Shown here in pieces: positions 63,981 through 64,000 of a stretch of 64,000 bases of DNA. A program made the position numbers and the translations under genes. Source of the stretch: Neoconidiobolus thromboides FSU 785 (lineage: Eukaryota > Fungi > Entomophthoromycota); the NCBI GenBank assembly GCA_025603075.1, contig MU626308.1, forward strand, positions 1-64,000, given 5' to 3'. Position 1 is the first letter of the stretch; each line of letters begins with the position of its first letter. The notes beneath the pieces were generated by a model. It was not told where the DNA came from. It saw only the letters and a program-made list of their open reading frames with translations, and did not search any database.

Positions 63981-64000
63981 CTAATAAGGTACATGTTTCA

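Overview
Left end of a chromosome from a very AT-rich, intron-containing fungal genome. It is most plausibly an early-diverging (Zoopagomycota/Entomophthorales-like) fungus; that placement is inferred from TTAGGG telomeres, ~45-65 nt introns, secreted trypsins and a FANCE-like gene. The window opens with a (CCCTAA)n telomere and carries about 27 protein-coding genes. These include eIF3f, a catalytically dead pogo/CENP-B-like protein, two GPI-type surface proteins, Ssh4, Nsp1, Set9, COX24, EMW1/TTC27, two trypsins, SEH1, SDH1, UBI-L40, CIT1, an acyltransferase, ERV41 and a PHO87/91-type transporter. Four genes are absent or only partly captured in the ORF track: a Gti1/Pac2 (WOPR) factor, a FANCE-like gene, CMC4 and a GSKIP-domain gene. 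The most striking observations are (i) an apparent 1-nucleotide exon in the acyltransferase and a 7-nt exon in SDH1, (ii) a textbook AT-AC minor (U12) intron in the FANCE-like gene, (iii) a ~98-bp MITE family with 13 near-complete copies, G-rich/C-rich termini, 4-bp target duplications and CpG decay, and (iv) an intact but DDD-less pogo transposase close to the telomere. All gene models were spliced by hand and no database search was run.
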